Positions 12,201-25,319 of a stretch of DNA of 64,000 nt are shown one piece after another. Source of the DNA: Raillietiella orientalis (lineage: Eukaryota); contig JAYWIR010000004.1 of NCBI GenBank assembly GCA_036172245.1, forward strand, positions 4,464,001 through 4,528,000, given 5' to 3'. The notes under the pieces are model-generated. The model was not told where the DNA came from. It made no database searches and worked only from the letters and a program-made list of their open reading frames with translations. The translations under genes were made by a program, and so were the position numbers. The first letter of the stretch is position 1, and every line of letters starts with the position of its first letter.

Positions 12201-14316
12201 GTTCTTCTTCGTCTAATCTTGGCCACTCTTTGCTAATGTTCTCCTTGTTTATATAGCCGGATTCCTCTACCCAAAGATTCGACAACATTTATTATACGAT
12301 TTACCTCTTTGTCTCTTCTGTTCACCTTAATTTCTTTAGCATGGCAGGAAAAAAAAGTATTTTTTTTTCGTTCATAAAGTGAGAATAGCAAAAAAATATA
12401 ATCTATTTAACTCATTTGTTCGTGTTCTTTTTAAAAACAGCTTAAATTACATTATACCACAAAGTGTAAACTTATCCACAGAGTCGAGAGCGACTGATTT
12501 ACCGCGTTATACGAAAACTGTCGCCATCTTTTTTTGGTCGCGTTATATGAATCCACGTTATATGGTGATCAACAAGTTAGGTTTTCGGAGAAAGAAGAAC
12601 ATTCTACAGTAAAAGAGGATTGGAAAATATTGAAATGAATAGAGACATTCTGAAAGCGCTGAAGAATGGGGGAGGGGGAAATGATCCCACCCATGGAAAT
12701 GCACTCGATGTGAAGAAATGCACCAAGAGGATATCCGGTTGGTTAATTGATGGATGCTTTCTGTTTTGTGAGTAATTCAAGTGTGATCTGCCACCCAGAT
12801 CGATTGTAACAGATACATTCTCGATTTAGAGATTATCCAAAACAGGATGGTCTTCATCTTCGTCAACCTCTGCACAAAACCCTCGAAAGACTGGAACAAA
12901 TGGAAAATGGAAAGTTTTCCTAATCTCTCAGATGCAAGTCTTCAGCGATAAGCGACATAGGAAGGATGAATCCGTTCGATCAGTGTCCGAGGTAACTCAG
13001 GGGATTCCAAAGAGTGCGTTTTCGGAAGACAAGTTTCCAATGCGGCCGATGGACTCCCTACGATCAAGTGGATCAGAAGGATTGCATCTGGTTTAGGTAT
13101 GCGATTGCTTTAGAACCTGGCTCCTTAACAACGGATCCGAGTACCAAACCCTCACTACGCTTCCTTGTATGAGGAGTCAGGCAAGGCAGAAAGAGCATTC
13201 GTTGTAATTTTGAGCTGCGACCAAAAGGAAAGAGGCCGAGACGAATGAAAGTTTGATGAGAAACAACATTTGTAAAGTGATGGTCTGTTGCCGGGACACA
13301 AAATCCCTGCTTTCTAGATTTGCACGCTTGTCTTGAAGAATTAAAGCTGTTCCTATAAAAACAGGCGCGGCCTATTGGAACTTTGTTGTTTCGTGATCGT
13401 AGAATCCCAATCCTTCTGTTGACGAGTGTGACATCCCTTTCTTCGAGAGCTTTCATGTCCAGAATTTTGCATTCTAAAATACAATGCTTTTGATTTTGTT
13501 TCTTCTTTGCTTGGATGTCACTTGAAAGTTATAGCGTGAACCTTCGATGGTGCTGTTGTTAAATTAATGTTAGAAATGTGATCATCCACCTATGTGATTC
13601 GATACCGACTTAAACAGCTGCTCACGGTGAAACTTGTTCTGATGAAACCTGATGAGAACGGGTTAATTTCTCCACCGTTTAGCTTCTCAGTTAAACTGAG
13701 ACAGCAGACCATTTATTCATTGAGGCAGTTTGTAGAAAAAAAAAAAAAAAATTGAAGCTCATGGATAATTTGAAGAGTGGGGGGAGCAGCAAACAAATCT
13801 AGCTTCGTAAAAGAACATTTCTCTTACTGGGAGGTTCATAATGCAAGTCAACAGTTCCTATCGTGAAGTTTATTGGTCCTCCGTTTTGCTACAAGTGACT
13901 GAGAAAATCTGCGAAATGCTTGGGGTAGAGTGCATTAGACAAATGGCCATGTCTTTTGCATGCAGCCATTTGTGCTCTCGGAAGTAAACTCGGAAGTAAA
14001 ACAAGGAACTACAAAAAACTATCTTTGATAACTAAGAGAGTTATAAGTGGTAGACTTCGTAACCGATGTTTCAAATGACTTCAAGAATGCATCATAAATC
14101 CTTCGAAGTTAGGAGATTCACTAACTGTGACACTAAAGGTTCATTATGTGACGCACATTCACACATTCGAATAGAAATGTGCATTTCCTATTTCCTAGTA
14201 GATAATTTACTTTTAAACTGGTCAAGAGTACAGTTCAACAGCCATTATAGCAAGAAGATTTACTTGAATTTAACAATTGCTTTTTTCCATCTAGGAGTCG
14301 AAACTCTTTAAGTGCC

Positions 14317-14424
14317 TATGCATATGTATATACATATATATAGGTATGCGTACATATGTGTGTATGCATGTATGTATCTATCTATCTATCTGTATAGGCA
14401 GATATTATATATATATATATATAA
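14317..14424. repeat. Compound microsatellite (TA / TATG / TCTA)
   Basis: Directly visible TA, TATG and TCTA runs. Confidence 0.9.
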
Positions 14425-14439
14425 TATCTGCCTGTATGC

Positions 14440-14605
14440 CCTTCACCCACTGAAGTGGCGGAAGTCGGCGCTGATGCTGCTGAACTGGGGCCTCCCGTGC
14501 AACACCCGCCGGCATCACTGGACACGGGTATGTGGACCCAAACTGTGACAAGTGCAGGAACCCTTTCCCACCTGCTTGTGGATTGTGTCGTCCTCTCGGT
14601 GTGTC
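14440..14605 (+). mobile_element. L1/Tx1-like ORF2 zf-RVT fragment
   Basis: HPLKWRKSALMLLNWGLPCNTRRHHW..NCDKC..HLLVDCVVL, homologous to 4970-5120 and 62900-63060. Confidence 0.8.
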
Positions 14606-17600
14606 GTGTCCCCCTAAAAGACAACAGCACTATAATTGTGGGGATCTTGCAGCCGATTTGAAAATACGGCAGCCACTCCCGGACGCGCACCAGAGGGAAA
14701 GGAGGGCTCATACCGAGAGCGTAACCGTCTCTTATCCGTTTCTGGAGCTCTAGCTTCTGTCTGTGTCCTTGCAGTTGATCCATTACGCTCCTTGGACTTT
14801 AACAGCAGAAAAATCCTGACAGAACTGGAGATCCCCCGGCTGAGTAAGCTCATGGTCTCAACAACCATACAACTTTATAGGGATGTCTACTAGAACTCAC
14901 CAGCTTTCTCGTGATCCTGGCGAGGTGCTCGAACTTTCCCTGGTATTGACGTTCCCCAAAGTGCAGGATGTGCAACAAACTGAGCTGGAAAGACTTGCGA
15001 TGAAGCTAGTTTCGAATTCTTGACTCTGAAGAGTTGAATGTTTGGAGGAGCGTCGACAAAGCCACTTCAGTGGGAGGGGGGAGCATACAATGAGTGTATA
15101 AAGTGTTTCCGCATACTGTCAAGATGCAAATTTTTTTATGAGCCAGTAGCGGAACGTGCAGAAGAACAAGAAAGGAAATCTGAGTTACACACCAATTGCT
15201 TTTTGTGAACTCAATGCTTTCCGGGTGTCTCGATTCAACTATTGCTTGACTATCTGCCGCGGTCTAGAAACTGACCCTCGGGCATCGGATCTTCTTGCTA
15301 ATGTCTTGCAACCAATAGAAACGCTCTTTTTTGGTGTTGTGATCTCTTCTTCACCACCACGCGGATGAACTCTGCGCAATGTTCTTTTTATACTTGCGTT
15401 TGAGCTATAAAAACAAACATAGAGCCTGAATACACTGTTTCGGAAATGGACCTCAAATCTTTCCAGTGATTTGCCTTTCACCATACTCAAAAGGGGAGAA
15501 GAAATTCTACTCTATCCACACTCCACATCCGATTCTGTGAGCTTTTAATGTTCTTGCGGAGGTTGTTAATCTAGAGGGTAGAGAGTGGTTTCGTGCAGGC
15601 GCCGAATCCTTCTCAAACTACCTAAAGATAACTTGAAAGTGGCAGATTTCAACACAATTGCTGTGGAGGTCTCCCATACAACTGAGGAATCAAACGCAAT
15701 GTGAGCTCTTTGTGCACAAACTGTTCCGGAAAGCACACGTGACACTGTTTACAGAGACTTGCAGCAAATTACTATTATGTCTCTGAAGACAAATCAACAA
15801 ATCAGGCTCCTCAGTGTCAACTGAAATCAAAAAATCAGAGATCAGAGAACTTCCTTTATTGGATTCCAATAAACAGATGAATGCCCAAATCCTGGTAATC
15901 TTGGACGAGATCTCTTCGTTTTTGTGTTCAAAGTAACTGAAGTGGATTTCTCCATACAATCGCAAAACTGTAAATACATTGCAACAGACTTATTTATTTA
16001 CATACTATTCTATTTCATCATCTATTTCTACTATTTTTTTTATTTGAAGAGAATATTTTTAAAAATATCTAAGCAATTTCGACAGAATCACTGCTATAGT
16101 TTAGATTTCACAAATTCCAGTAGTCTTTTTAAAATGCATCTCAGCAAACTATAGATGAAGTAAAGAACTCTTAGCAGCAGAATCAAAAGAATTTGGATAG
16201 GGAAGAAAAGTCCCTTGAGAAACGACGGCGCTCTAAATTTCGAAAAAAATTCCTTGATCCGGCACCAGATACAAAAATATCTAAACCGGAAAATTTCGGA
16301 GTGACGTCGTGACTCGGATTGCCTGGGTTCTATGTCTTTCGGGAAGTCTGGTTCCTCAGCTGCCACTGTTCTTCCTAAAAAAATAAGATCGGCAGCGAAG
16401 TCAACGAAACGTGAAAACATAGAACGATGGAGTGAACAATCATTTGCTACTCCTTCCTCCAAATAGTCCAATGATATGTGAACAATGATTGTCCGTTTCT
16501 AAAAATCGTCATGCATTCTCTTCTCAGGTTTCCGATGAGCTTATTCCAGACGGCAAAAATCAGCAGTCGATTAGCGAACCCAAAAAGACTTTGCTGAACA
16601 GAAACAAGAAAAAAAAAAAAGCACTGCTACTGCACAGATGAAGAACAAGGCTGCACATATCAGTGCCCTGAACGCTTTAGAACTCATTCCACTTCACTGG
16701 TAACTCCGTAGCATTTCCACATGCATATGAAATTCGTGGAAGAAAATGTTTTTCTTTCAACAGATGTCAATGCACAACGAGTATAACTTGTGCAGCAGAT
16801 GCATGGAAGCATTCTCCCCATGAAGAAATCACTCATCCAAACAGTAACACTTTTGCACTTTCGACAGTGAAATGTTCAATTATCAGATTCCTTCGTCTAA
16901 AATCTTCCTTTACTTTCTTAGGGTGTCAAATTTAGCATGCAGTTCCTTATTGTGTGCTGCCGGCCGTCATACGCAACTTTTCGAGTGTTCACCGAAATCA
17001 CATAAGGGCTCCAATTAATTGTGAAACATGCACGTTGCATGTGTGCTGCTTCAAGTGAACGAGGTCCTTTAACTTAGACTTGGGCTTTATTTGCATGGGT
17101 CGCTTCTTGGTCTGCGGGTGACCGTATTTTTTAACTTTTCATTGGGGAAGGGTCTTTCCTCAGTGGGGTTCAAGGAAGTAGAACCGAAAGCTGATTCCTC
17201 CAGGAAATGCATCCCATCGACTTTGGATGGTTTAGAGAAAAACCGCCAGGAACCAGAAAATTCAGATGGAACGAGGAAGCATCATGTTGAAAGCGGGTGA
17301 TGCTCATCTCCTGCGTTCTGTGCTTGAAATTTTACAGAACAACGGAACGAAACAATGTTGATCAACAGCAAACAACACACCGTTCGCTGAAATTTTCAAA
17401 CTGCCCAATGCTCAGCGAGAGAGAGAGAGGGGGAGGGGGGACATCAGGCTATGAAATCTCGAGGCAGGAGGAATGACTGAGTTAAAAGAAAATGATCAAA
17501 TGATCAAATGATCATGTACGGGACTCTCCTCTTGTCAATACATATTTCTGAGGTTTAAACCTATGTCATTAAACATGACTTCCAATATGTTGATTTGGGA

Positions 17601-20600
17601 CATAAGATCTGTGATTCAGGTTGGGTAGTTACTCGCTATCCGTTTCTGAAGAACTAATTCGAGATGAGAATGTGGCTTAAGAGTGGTATGATAGTATTCC
17701 AGCATGCAGAAAGGCGGATATCTGAAACACTCATGTATTTCGGGACTACTCATCGCATCTTGCATACTCAATAATCACGAATCTCTCGAGATATTCATAT
17801 CTCAACGAAATCAATTCGGAGAACAGAAAGTAATGAGCTGTGACACAAACTCATGTTCTGTTCGTAATTTCCGATGTCCTTCCCGAAGTCACGAGTCTGG
17901 ACTCAAATGCTCTGCTCCTAGGTAGGGAGACATATTTGCTCCTACCCATTCTCCCCATGAGTCAGTTTCTCGACAAGCATAAACGGAATTCTCATCCACC
18001 CAGCTGTTCCCTGAGCATGAAGATCTGAAACGTCCCCACAAACGATCTTTTTGCTTGAAAATTTAACCAACCCCGCAAATGAAGCTAGATGTGGCTCTTG
18101 CCGAGGAATATCAAGTTATGCTACTACAACGTTATCACAGTACTTACTCTGGACAGGCTCTTAGGACACGTTCCTCGAGTGAAAATGCTACAGTAGTGCT
18201 GAGTGCTGCTGGTAATTTATTAAAGCATGTAACAAAAAGATCGTGAACCTTTTGTGAATGCATTTTCAATAAATGTCAATGAAACAAAATTTTGCACTGG
18301 ACAATCCGCATAAAAGAAAGTCTCCAAGCTTAGAATTAATTCCAAGTAAAGGAAACTCTTGTTCGATCAGATGGACAGATTCTCTCATTTCTGAAATTAA
18401 GCCTCGTTGAAATTCGATTTCGTTTACATTTCTTCTTACTTTTTCCAAATTCCAATTCAGTAGTTTTTTAAACGTTCCCATTCTTCTTTCGATTTTACGA
18501 AAATCCTGAAATTGCAAAGCAGTGTAAGTACGAAGAATCTGTCAAGTCTGGGAGTCTAGAGAAAGGCATCACAAGAGCATCTACTCAGAGTGCCTTGTTT
18601 TCACACATCGCATCCAAGGAATACACAAACTTAAGAGCTCATCATTGCTTCAATATTCTAGGAGACTCACTATATGGGACAATTCACCACAGCCAGCAGA
18701 AGGCAGGTAAGCAATTCCAATATCAGTGCAAGAATATTGACTATTAAGACTAATAATAGATTGGGCATGAAAAGAAGCGCAGGTTTCCAAGATCTTGACT
18801 CCAGTTCCACTGTACCATTCTTATGCGGATCAACGTAACCTATGAAGATACTGGAAAAACAAGAAAAGCGGTCAAACCAAAGCATAAAATCAAATAGCTT
18901 TTGAGTTATGCGAAGAGTACGCAAACTGTACACACTTTTCTTCATATGCACTTTTCATCTCAAACCAGTCAGATACCAAAAGGGAACAACCTGAAGTAGA
19001 AAATCGATTAATTTGCCTTGTAGCAACCGATTTGTCTATTCATTACTTATTCACTTACATCAAGAAACTAAAGAAATGAAGACAAGCGCCGATCAGCAAG
19101 GATAGGATTTGGGGGGGATTTCTTTCTGGGTTAAAATGAAGTCACCAGATGATTTCATTCAACTGGCTGAAATCGGATAGATTTGGGGATGCGAAAGAGA
19201 TGCAACTCTAAATGTTCACAGGGTTCCAGATAAGCACAGAGATCAAGAGAAAAAACAGTAGGAACCAATATGCGTCGTGGAATCTGCAAAAAAACATGCT
19301 TTTATATACCCTGAACTTTGGAAGAATAATGTTCTATCTTACTCACAGAGAAAGAAACGTTCTCTTACAATTCACTGAAATACATTACCCAGTTGCAGGG
19401 AAAGGACTAAAGGCAAGCACCAGAAAATACTCATTTTCTAACTTTTTTTTTGAAAAAACTCTGATGAAATGAGACAGATTTGGTTGACCCGGGAAGGCAC
19501 TACTGTCTCGCAACTCGAGTGCTTGGCGTAAACGAAGAAGCAGAAGGCAGCAGAGACTGAGCAATTGTGACTCGCATCCGCGTGCGCCAGTCTCAGGGAG
19601 AACTATTTCTCATCTTGCTAGCCGCAGCCGTGCCTACGAGACACGCGTAAGTGCATGCACAGAGAAACGAAATGAGTGGATGCAGTTCCCGCACAGAGAT
19701 GCGTTTGAAATTCGCCACAGAATTTGTTTTCCCCTGTTTCCAGCTACCTCAGGCCGGTCAATCTGCCGTTCGGAATCAAGTGGCTTGCATCCACAATTCC
19801 TCCTTCAAAATCCCACGTCTTTGAGCAATTTCCTTGCGATCACTGCAAGTGGATGAGGCTACTTGCTGACTTACAAACTCCTTAAAACACGATGGCACGC
19901 TGAACTAGACTTTCCAGTGTCAACGGTATGTCGAAATTCCAGATAGGATGAAGAAGTCTGCGCTTCCTCGCCAATCACCCCCCTTTCAATGAAGAGTTGC
20001 ACTCTCATCGTTTTTGAATCAAAGTAAATCAAAGTATCTTATCTAATATGGGCAAAGGTTCTTCTGAGTTACCATCTAGATGATTTTCTTTTCGTAGCAT
20101 GAGAGCTACTTCGCAGAGTTGTCGCTTATACCATCTTCTGAATCTGCCAATCCGAATATCTGCCAATTCACGAGAGAAGGTTCTATGCAACAAAGAATCA
20201 CTAGAGAGGAAGCATTGCGTTCTGTTAATCTAAAAACGCTTTCTTAGGCGACGGAGATCTGGTAAGCTTCCAAGAAGCTATTCTTCAAAATTACCAGCTG
20301 CTCTTCGACAGGTGTTCTTGCTGGTCAGTATACACTTGTGTCCTGGAAGAGGAAGAATACACGAAGAATATCGTGCCAATTCTCTCGCTGTACCACGACC
20401 ACCTCGAAGCAGCGGTGTATCAAGCAGCATATCTGGTGCCCTCTTCCTTGAAGCACTAATTCCCTCAGTGATCGGCACATCCCAGCATATCTGCTATTTC
20501 ATGCTTTCCTTGAAAGGACCTGCTTAATCCTTCTATTCTCTCCTCGTTTCCCCCACCATTGAAGTAAACAGTTGGAACCACCAAGCACAACCCTCAGAAC

Positions 20601-21589
20601 CAGGGACCGTTTCTCTTCTGGTGACTGGTATGCAACTTGCACGGAGATGAGTAGTTTTAGAATCCTCCAGTCTACCACCCAGTAAGTCACCTTCGCACTA
20701 TGGCAATAGGAATTTAGAAGGCGAACCTTCCATGTCATACGCAAACAGAGACCAGGAATCCTTTCCCCAGAAAGTGTCTGTTTCCACGGTATCTCGGGGG
20801 CCTCCTTGCAGGCTCATCTTTGCCATCCTAGGTGGTTTCCGTGCTCTCTCGCTTTTAAATGGTTGAAATCACGGCAACATTGCAGGTGGCTGGCAAAGGG
20901 AACTCAAACGATGACGAGAAAGCTAGCGGCTTTTCTTCCTCAAAAGAAATGCGTTATGAGTATCTGAAGACTTACAACTCGGTTCAAATGAGGCTCTGAT
21001 GAGAGGTGAGGCATCTGAGCCTCATTCGAAGAAGAGGGAAGTTTGTTCCGTGTAGTAGGGACACGTCACATGATGCTTTGGGGTAACTGTCCAGTGAGCT
21101 TTATGAGGTAGAAGATTCAAATGGGACAGGCATCCTTCAGGTATCCATACGAGTTTCGGGGACGAGGAGACCTTTTAGAAATGGGTGTTTTTTGAATTCT
21201 AGAAGGGTGGAGTTAAAATGAGATTTTAGGAAGATGCTGCCTAGGGGAATAATGAAGAATGGATCTTCATAGTTACGAGATTAGTTGGAAAGCGGTAATG
21301 ATCTTAAAATAAAGAAAAAGGGATAGTAGCGCAGTTCTCACGAAGAGTTCTGAATGATGTGAGAGTTTGAAATCTCAATGTTGAATTAGGTATCCATAAG
21401 CCGTGGAAGATTTATGGCAGCAATGAAAATCGGTTCGACTGAAAATCCTAAATCATTTGAGTTCAGGTCGGGGTATGTCAGATTGGTTTGCCATCTTTAA
21501 ATGGTGAGAAACTTTTTTAGTACAAAGGGATCGGAAAACCGAAAGATTTTTCCCTCGAGGTAAACTGGAAACTGTTGTTAATGATCATG

Positions 21590-22640
21590 CAAGGAGTTTT
21601 CGAGGTGGTGACAGTGTTGTTGAGTATGGCTTATGTAACTGTGGTTGAGCGCAGTATCCTGAGGGGAGTACAATGGCGAAAGGTGCCAACAAGCTAGGAA
21701 TAAGGAGTGGCGAGGAAAGTTGGGAATGAGTCAGAGTTGTTGGAAATAAAGGTATCATGTTTGGTTATAAATTGGGTGCTGTAATTAGGTTGAGGGACAT
21801 GATAGGATGTGCTTAATTTATCCTAGAGGCTGGTGAATGATGACAAGAGTGATGGGATTGATACTGGTTGAATGTCATTTGAGCGGGAGGATATATGGGA
21901 TGTAAGAGGTGTTAATGAGTCAATGGGTGAGGAATAGCAAGTATAGATATATAGGTATAGTACGTTCTGTAGCTCTGATAATTTCTTATGAAGTGTGTAT
22001 CATTATTGTATTGATGGGAGTGCTGATACATATGTAGTTATGTATCGATTGGGAGTAAGGGTGAGGTGGTGGTTTTACCACCTCACCCTCAGCCTAACAT
22101 GTTCTGCATGTTAGGCTGAGAAGCTATGTGGATTTTTGTGCTCTTAGGGTGCCTTAGGATTTTTCGGAGGATAGTCTCAGAATTGGTTTCGGGACAAAAT
22201 GCAAAGCAGTGGTAGGGAACGGTTTTTACGTGTGCATGCCAAAAATTTACAAATAATATTTATCAATGTGCTCATGTTCCAGGGTTGCTGTTTTTTTAAT
22301 AAGAAAGAAATAACAGAAAATTGATCATTGCATAATTTTAATGAAATAATTTAAAAGGTAAAGTAATCCATAAGGAACATAAGGAATTTCATAAAGATTC
22401 GGGAACCTGGCATACATATTTTAATAATTCATGGAATTTTTGTTGTATTTTCGATGCCAACTGATCGAATAAAAATTGTTTTTGTCATTAACTTTCTTTT
22501 TACTTATTGACGACGTACCCGCAAAATTTTTGTACATGCCGTAGGTTCGCCACCACCGATGTAAAGTATGATTGTGGGCTGCCTTTGTTTTTGTCGGAGT
22601 ATTGATGCATTATCTGTTGGAGATTGATGACAAGATGATT
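21590..22640 (+). pseudogene. ND1: NUMT: ND1 pseudogene, interrupted by a hAT MITE
   Basis: Invertebrate mito code gives AYVTVVERSILSGVQWRK, VRSVALMISYEV, and SELVSGQNV|KY..LFLSEY across the MITE. Confidence 0.85.
22207..22558. mobile_element. hAT-type MITE (352 bp)
   Basis: Ends cagtggtagggaac... and ...gccgtaggttcgccaccaccg resemble CAGTGATGGCGAACC-type hAT TIRs. 8-bp TSD atgcaaag (22199-22206) / atgtaaag (22559-22566). Confidence 0.8.
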
Positions 22641-22930
22641 TGTTTACGGGGAGGGGAATAGGGGGGTGGGGGGGTGAAGAGTGAAATTGTATTGTATTTA
22701 TTTGTAGGATGGAGAAGGGTGGTGCCTTGATATCGGTATGATGGGTTGGTGTATGCGTTGAGGGACTTAGTTTATTGCAGATTTTATTGAGGCAGGGAGG
22801 TAGGAAGAGGATGAATAGGAGGTAGTCAAGGATTGGTTTATGAGAATGTCGGTTTTGATTATTTCGTGATATAGGGAGGGGAGCTACCTTGTTGTTCCTC
22901 AAATTACAAAACCGATGCTTTGAATAAAAT
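22640..22930 (-). pseudogene. NUMT: ND2-like fragment
   Basis: Same strand skew as the adjacent CYTB. Weak motifs NKVAPL and IKAPPFSIL (cf. ND2 KxGxAPF, QKxAP). Confidence 0.35.
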
Positions 22931-22949
22931 ATTAAGGCTGGTAATGTGG

Positions 22950-24870
22950 CAGTACAGTGGAAATAATACGAGAAATAGAAAATATGAGAGGGATAAAATT
23001 TGTCTGAGAGGTAGGAGGGATAACATGATAGTTTGGGTACACGTGAGATTGAGAAGGATCTGATTAATAATGAGAAAAGCTTTTTTAGAGGACAGTAGTG
23101 TGATGATGGGAGCGGAAGAAGTTTGTAGAGTGGATGGATAACTAAAATTAGAATTCTGAATAGAGAAGCAGTGACTCCAAGTTTGTGCAGGTACTGAATA
23201 TAGCGCAATGGAAGCGAGAGAAATATCAGAGGGAAATATCGTTCGGGATGGATGGGTAGCAATGACGAGTAGATTGGAGAGCAAAAAATTTGTCAGATAT
23301 GAATATGTATGGGAAAAAGATTGAAGCGAAGTGGATGAAACAGTTTGTTAGATCTTTAATGATAAAGGATGGGCGAAAGGGTAATATATCTGGATTTCTT
23401 TTGGTTCCAAATAAATTGGTGAAGAGATTTATTAAGCGTCGGAGGCTTTGTAGTTACGGCTTCCGGGCGTGGCACCATGCGTCGCGGGTTCGAATACGCC
23501 GGCAGAAACTGACGCCACTGCGCCGTTGGGTTTCGAGTTTCTCCAATGGCGCTGGTTCGCCGAGACATTCGGGCGTGGCGCCAGTGGTCGTTTAAGTCGG
23601 AGGCCCCCGATGAAAGCCGAAACAATGGGATTCGATCTTTGGGTCCTTCTAGGAATAAAGGAGTGGGGAGTTCCCCTTCCTGTCGTGCAACGGAGAGCGG
23701 ACTCCTCTCACCGGGAGACCTCTCCGGTTTCAAGATGGAGCAGGAACCCTCATGGGCACTTCTCCAGTTGCTCAAAGGAGCGGACCCCCTCTGTTGCGGG
23801 GGGACCCTCCGAGTCGTCGCTTCTTCACAAGAGTGCAAGGAAGCAAGCGAGAGCGATTCCCTGCGGGAAGCTGCAGCGCCTCTTCTGAGTTTCGGAAGCA
23901 TCCCCTCGGGGTTCTCTTCAGAGGAGTGAACAGGAGCGGTTCCCTTGCGGGTTCCCTCCGGAGAAGAAATTCCTACTAGCGGATCCTTTCCGGGTTCCCT
24001 TCGGAGAAGTTGAAATGGAGAGGACAGCCCCTCCCCATTAGGGGTGTGTGTCCCTCCGGAGGGAATGAGGAAGGAGATTCCCTTCTGGATTCCCCTTCGG
24101 AGACAACCAGGGTGGAGCTGATCTACATGCGTGAGAGCGTGAGAGGAACGGACTCCGAGCCCTTCCTGGATTCATAGGGCGCATCCCCATCTCGGGGTGC
24201 CCCCTATCCTGAAGAATTACACTCCCCCTGCGGGTTGCCGCAGGCGGAGAGGCGTGTCAAACACAAAAAAAAAGAGACTTATGTAGAGGTAATAAAGGCA
24301 TAATATGCTAATTACAGTTATGAAAATGGGGAAGATAAAATATAGGGAATGGAATCGATTAGTTGTAGGGCTGGAAACGGAAACGTTTCATCATGAGTAG
24401 GAAATGATTAGGGTGATGGAAAATGGGTTGGTGATGACTGTTGTAGCTCTATAGAAAGATATTGTTCTGAAGAGAGGATGTATCCTAGGATTGATGTTAT
24501 TATTAGGAGGATAAGGCTCCTTATGTTCAGACTATGCAGGAGCAGTAATACAGTACACGGAAGATGTAGATGTACATTGTAAAGAAAAATAGGGAGTCAG
24601 TGTTGGCATGAATATGACGTAGTAGTCAGCCACTGTTCGTATTGTGTAAATGGGGGATAGTGGATATGAAGACTTATCTGGTGATGGTGGGATATTGAGT
24701 GTAGAAATAATGATTCCTGTGTTTAATTGGTCAATGTAGAGAATTGCTAAAAGCGATCCTAGTTCTCAGAAGTATGAAATGTTTGATGGTATGTGTATGT
24801 TCCGTGATGTGCGTTATTTATGGAAGAAACAGAGGGATGTTTTGAATTGAAGCATTAGTGCTATTTTGAG
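22950..24870 (-). pseudogene. CYTB: NUMT: cytochrome b pseudogene, interrupted at ~23437-24278
   Basis: ISYFWELGSLL, NSGWLLRHIHAN, PTTNRFHSLYF, PDMLPFRPSFIIKDL, IHPERYF..LHKLGV match CYTB heme and PEWY motifs. Confidence 0.9.
23437..24278 (-). mobile_element. LTR family X copy 2: short internal piece + polypurine tract + 3'-truncated LTR
   Basis: Minus strand AGGGGGAG (24222-24229) is immediately followed by TGTAAT (24221). High similarity to 55480-56232, which starts at the same TGTAAT with a different upstream flank. Confidence 0.7.
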
Positions 24871-24879
24871 GTATGAAAT

Positions 24880-25250
24880 AAAAAATCAGATGATGGGGAT
24901 ATTAGCTATCGAAAGGAGAATTTTGAGGAGAAAGATGAGAGGAAGTGGATGGAGTAATGGGTATAAGGAAAGTTTAAATAGGGGGGTAATGAATAGGCGT
25001 TTAGGATGGAATGTAAACACTTCGTTATGTGTTAGAGATGTTATGTGGGGAAAGATGATGAAGGTGCCTCTATTGTGAATGAGGTAGAGAATGATGGCAT
25101 ATGTGGAAAAGGAGTTAATGAGAGTGATGATGGATAGCGAGGTAAAAGCGAGTAGGAAAGCTGCGATTATGAGATTATAGGAGCATAATATCATAGAAGC
25201 AAAATAGGAAAGATATTATTATGATTATGGTTATGCAAGGGGATGCATTG
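24880..25250 (-). pseudogene. ND6: NUMT: ND6 pseudogene
   Basis: YAIILYLIHNSGTFIIFPHMTSLTHNE (cf. ILFLIFLGGMLVLFIYMTSLASNE); lies directly upstream of CYTB. Confidence 0.7.
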
Positions 25251-25319
25251 GTGTGGATTTAAGTTGATAGGTGTTTGATGGGACTAGTATCAGTCAGTAT
25301 TGGTGTTGATTTGAAACTG

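Noticed and set aside
13636..13665. CTGATGA motifs as hammerhead ribozyme cores (also ~20996)
   Set aside because: No stem II followed by GAAA and stem III could be built.
16620..17050. Caspase-like remnant (YACG resembling QACRG)
   Set aside because: Too degenerate; no consistent frame.
23480..23505. tRNA B-box-like gggttcgaat (also ~55525), suggesting a tRNA or SINE
   Set aside because: No A-box or cloverleaf; it is internal to the LTR-like repeat.
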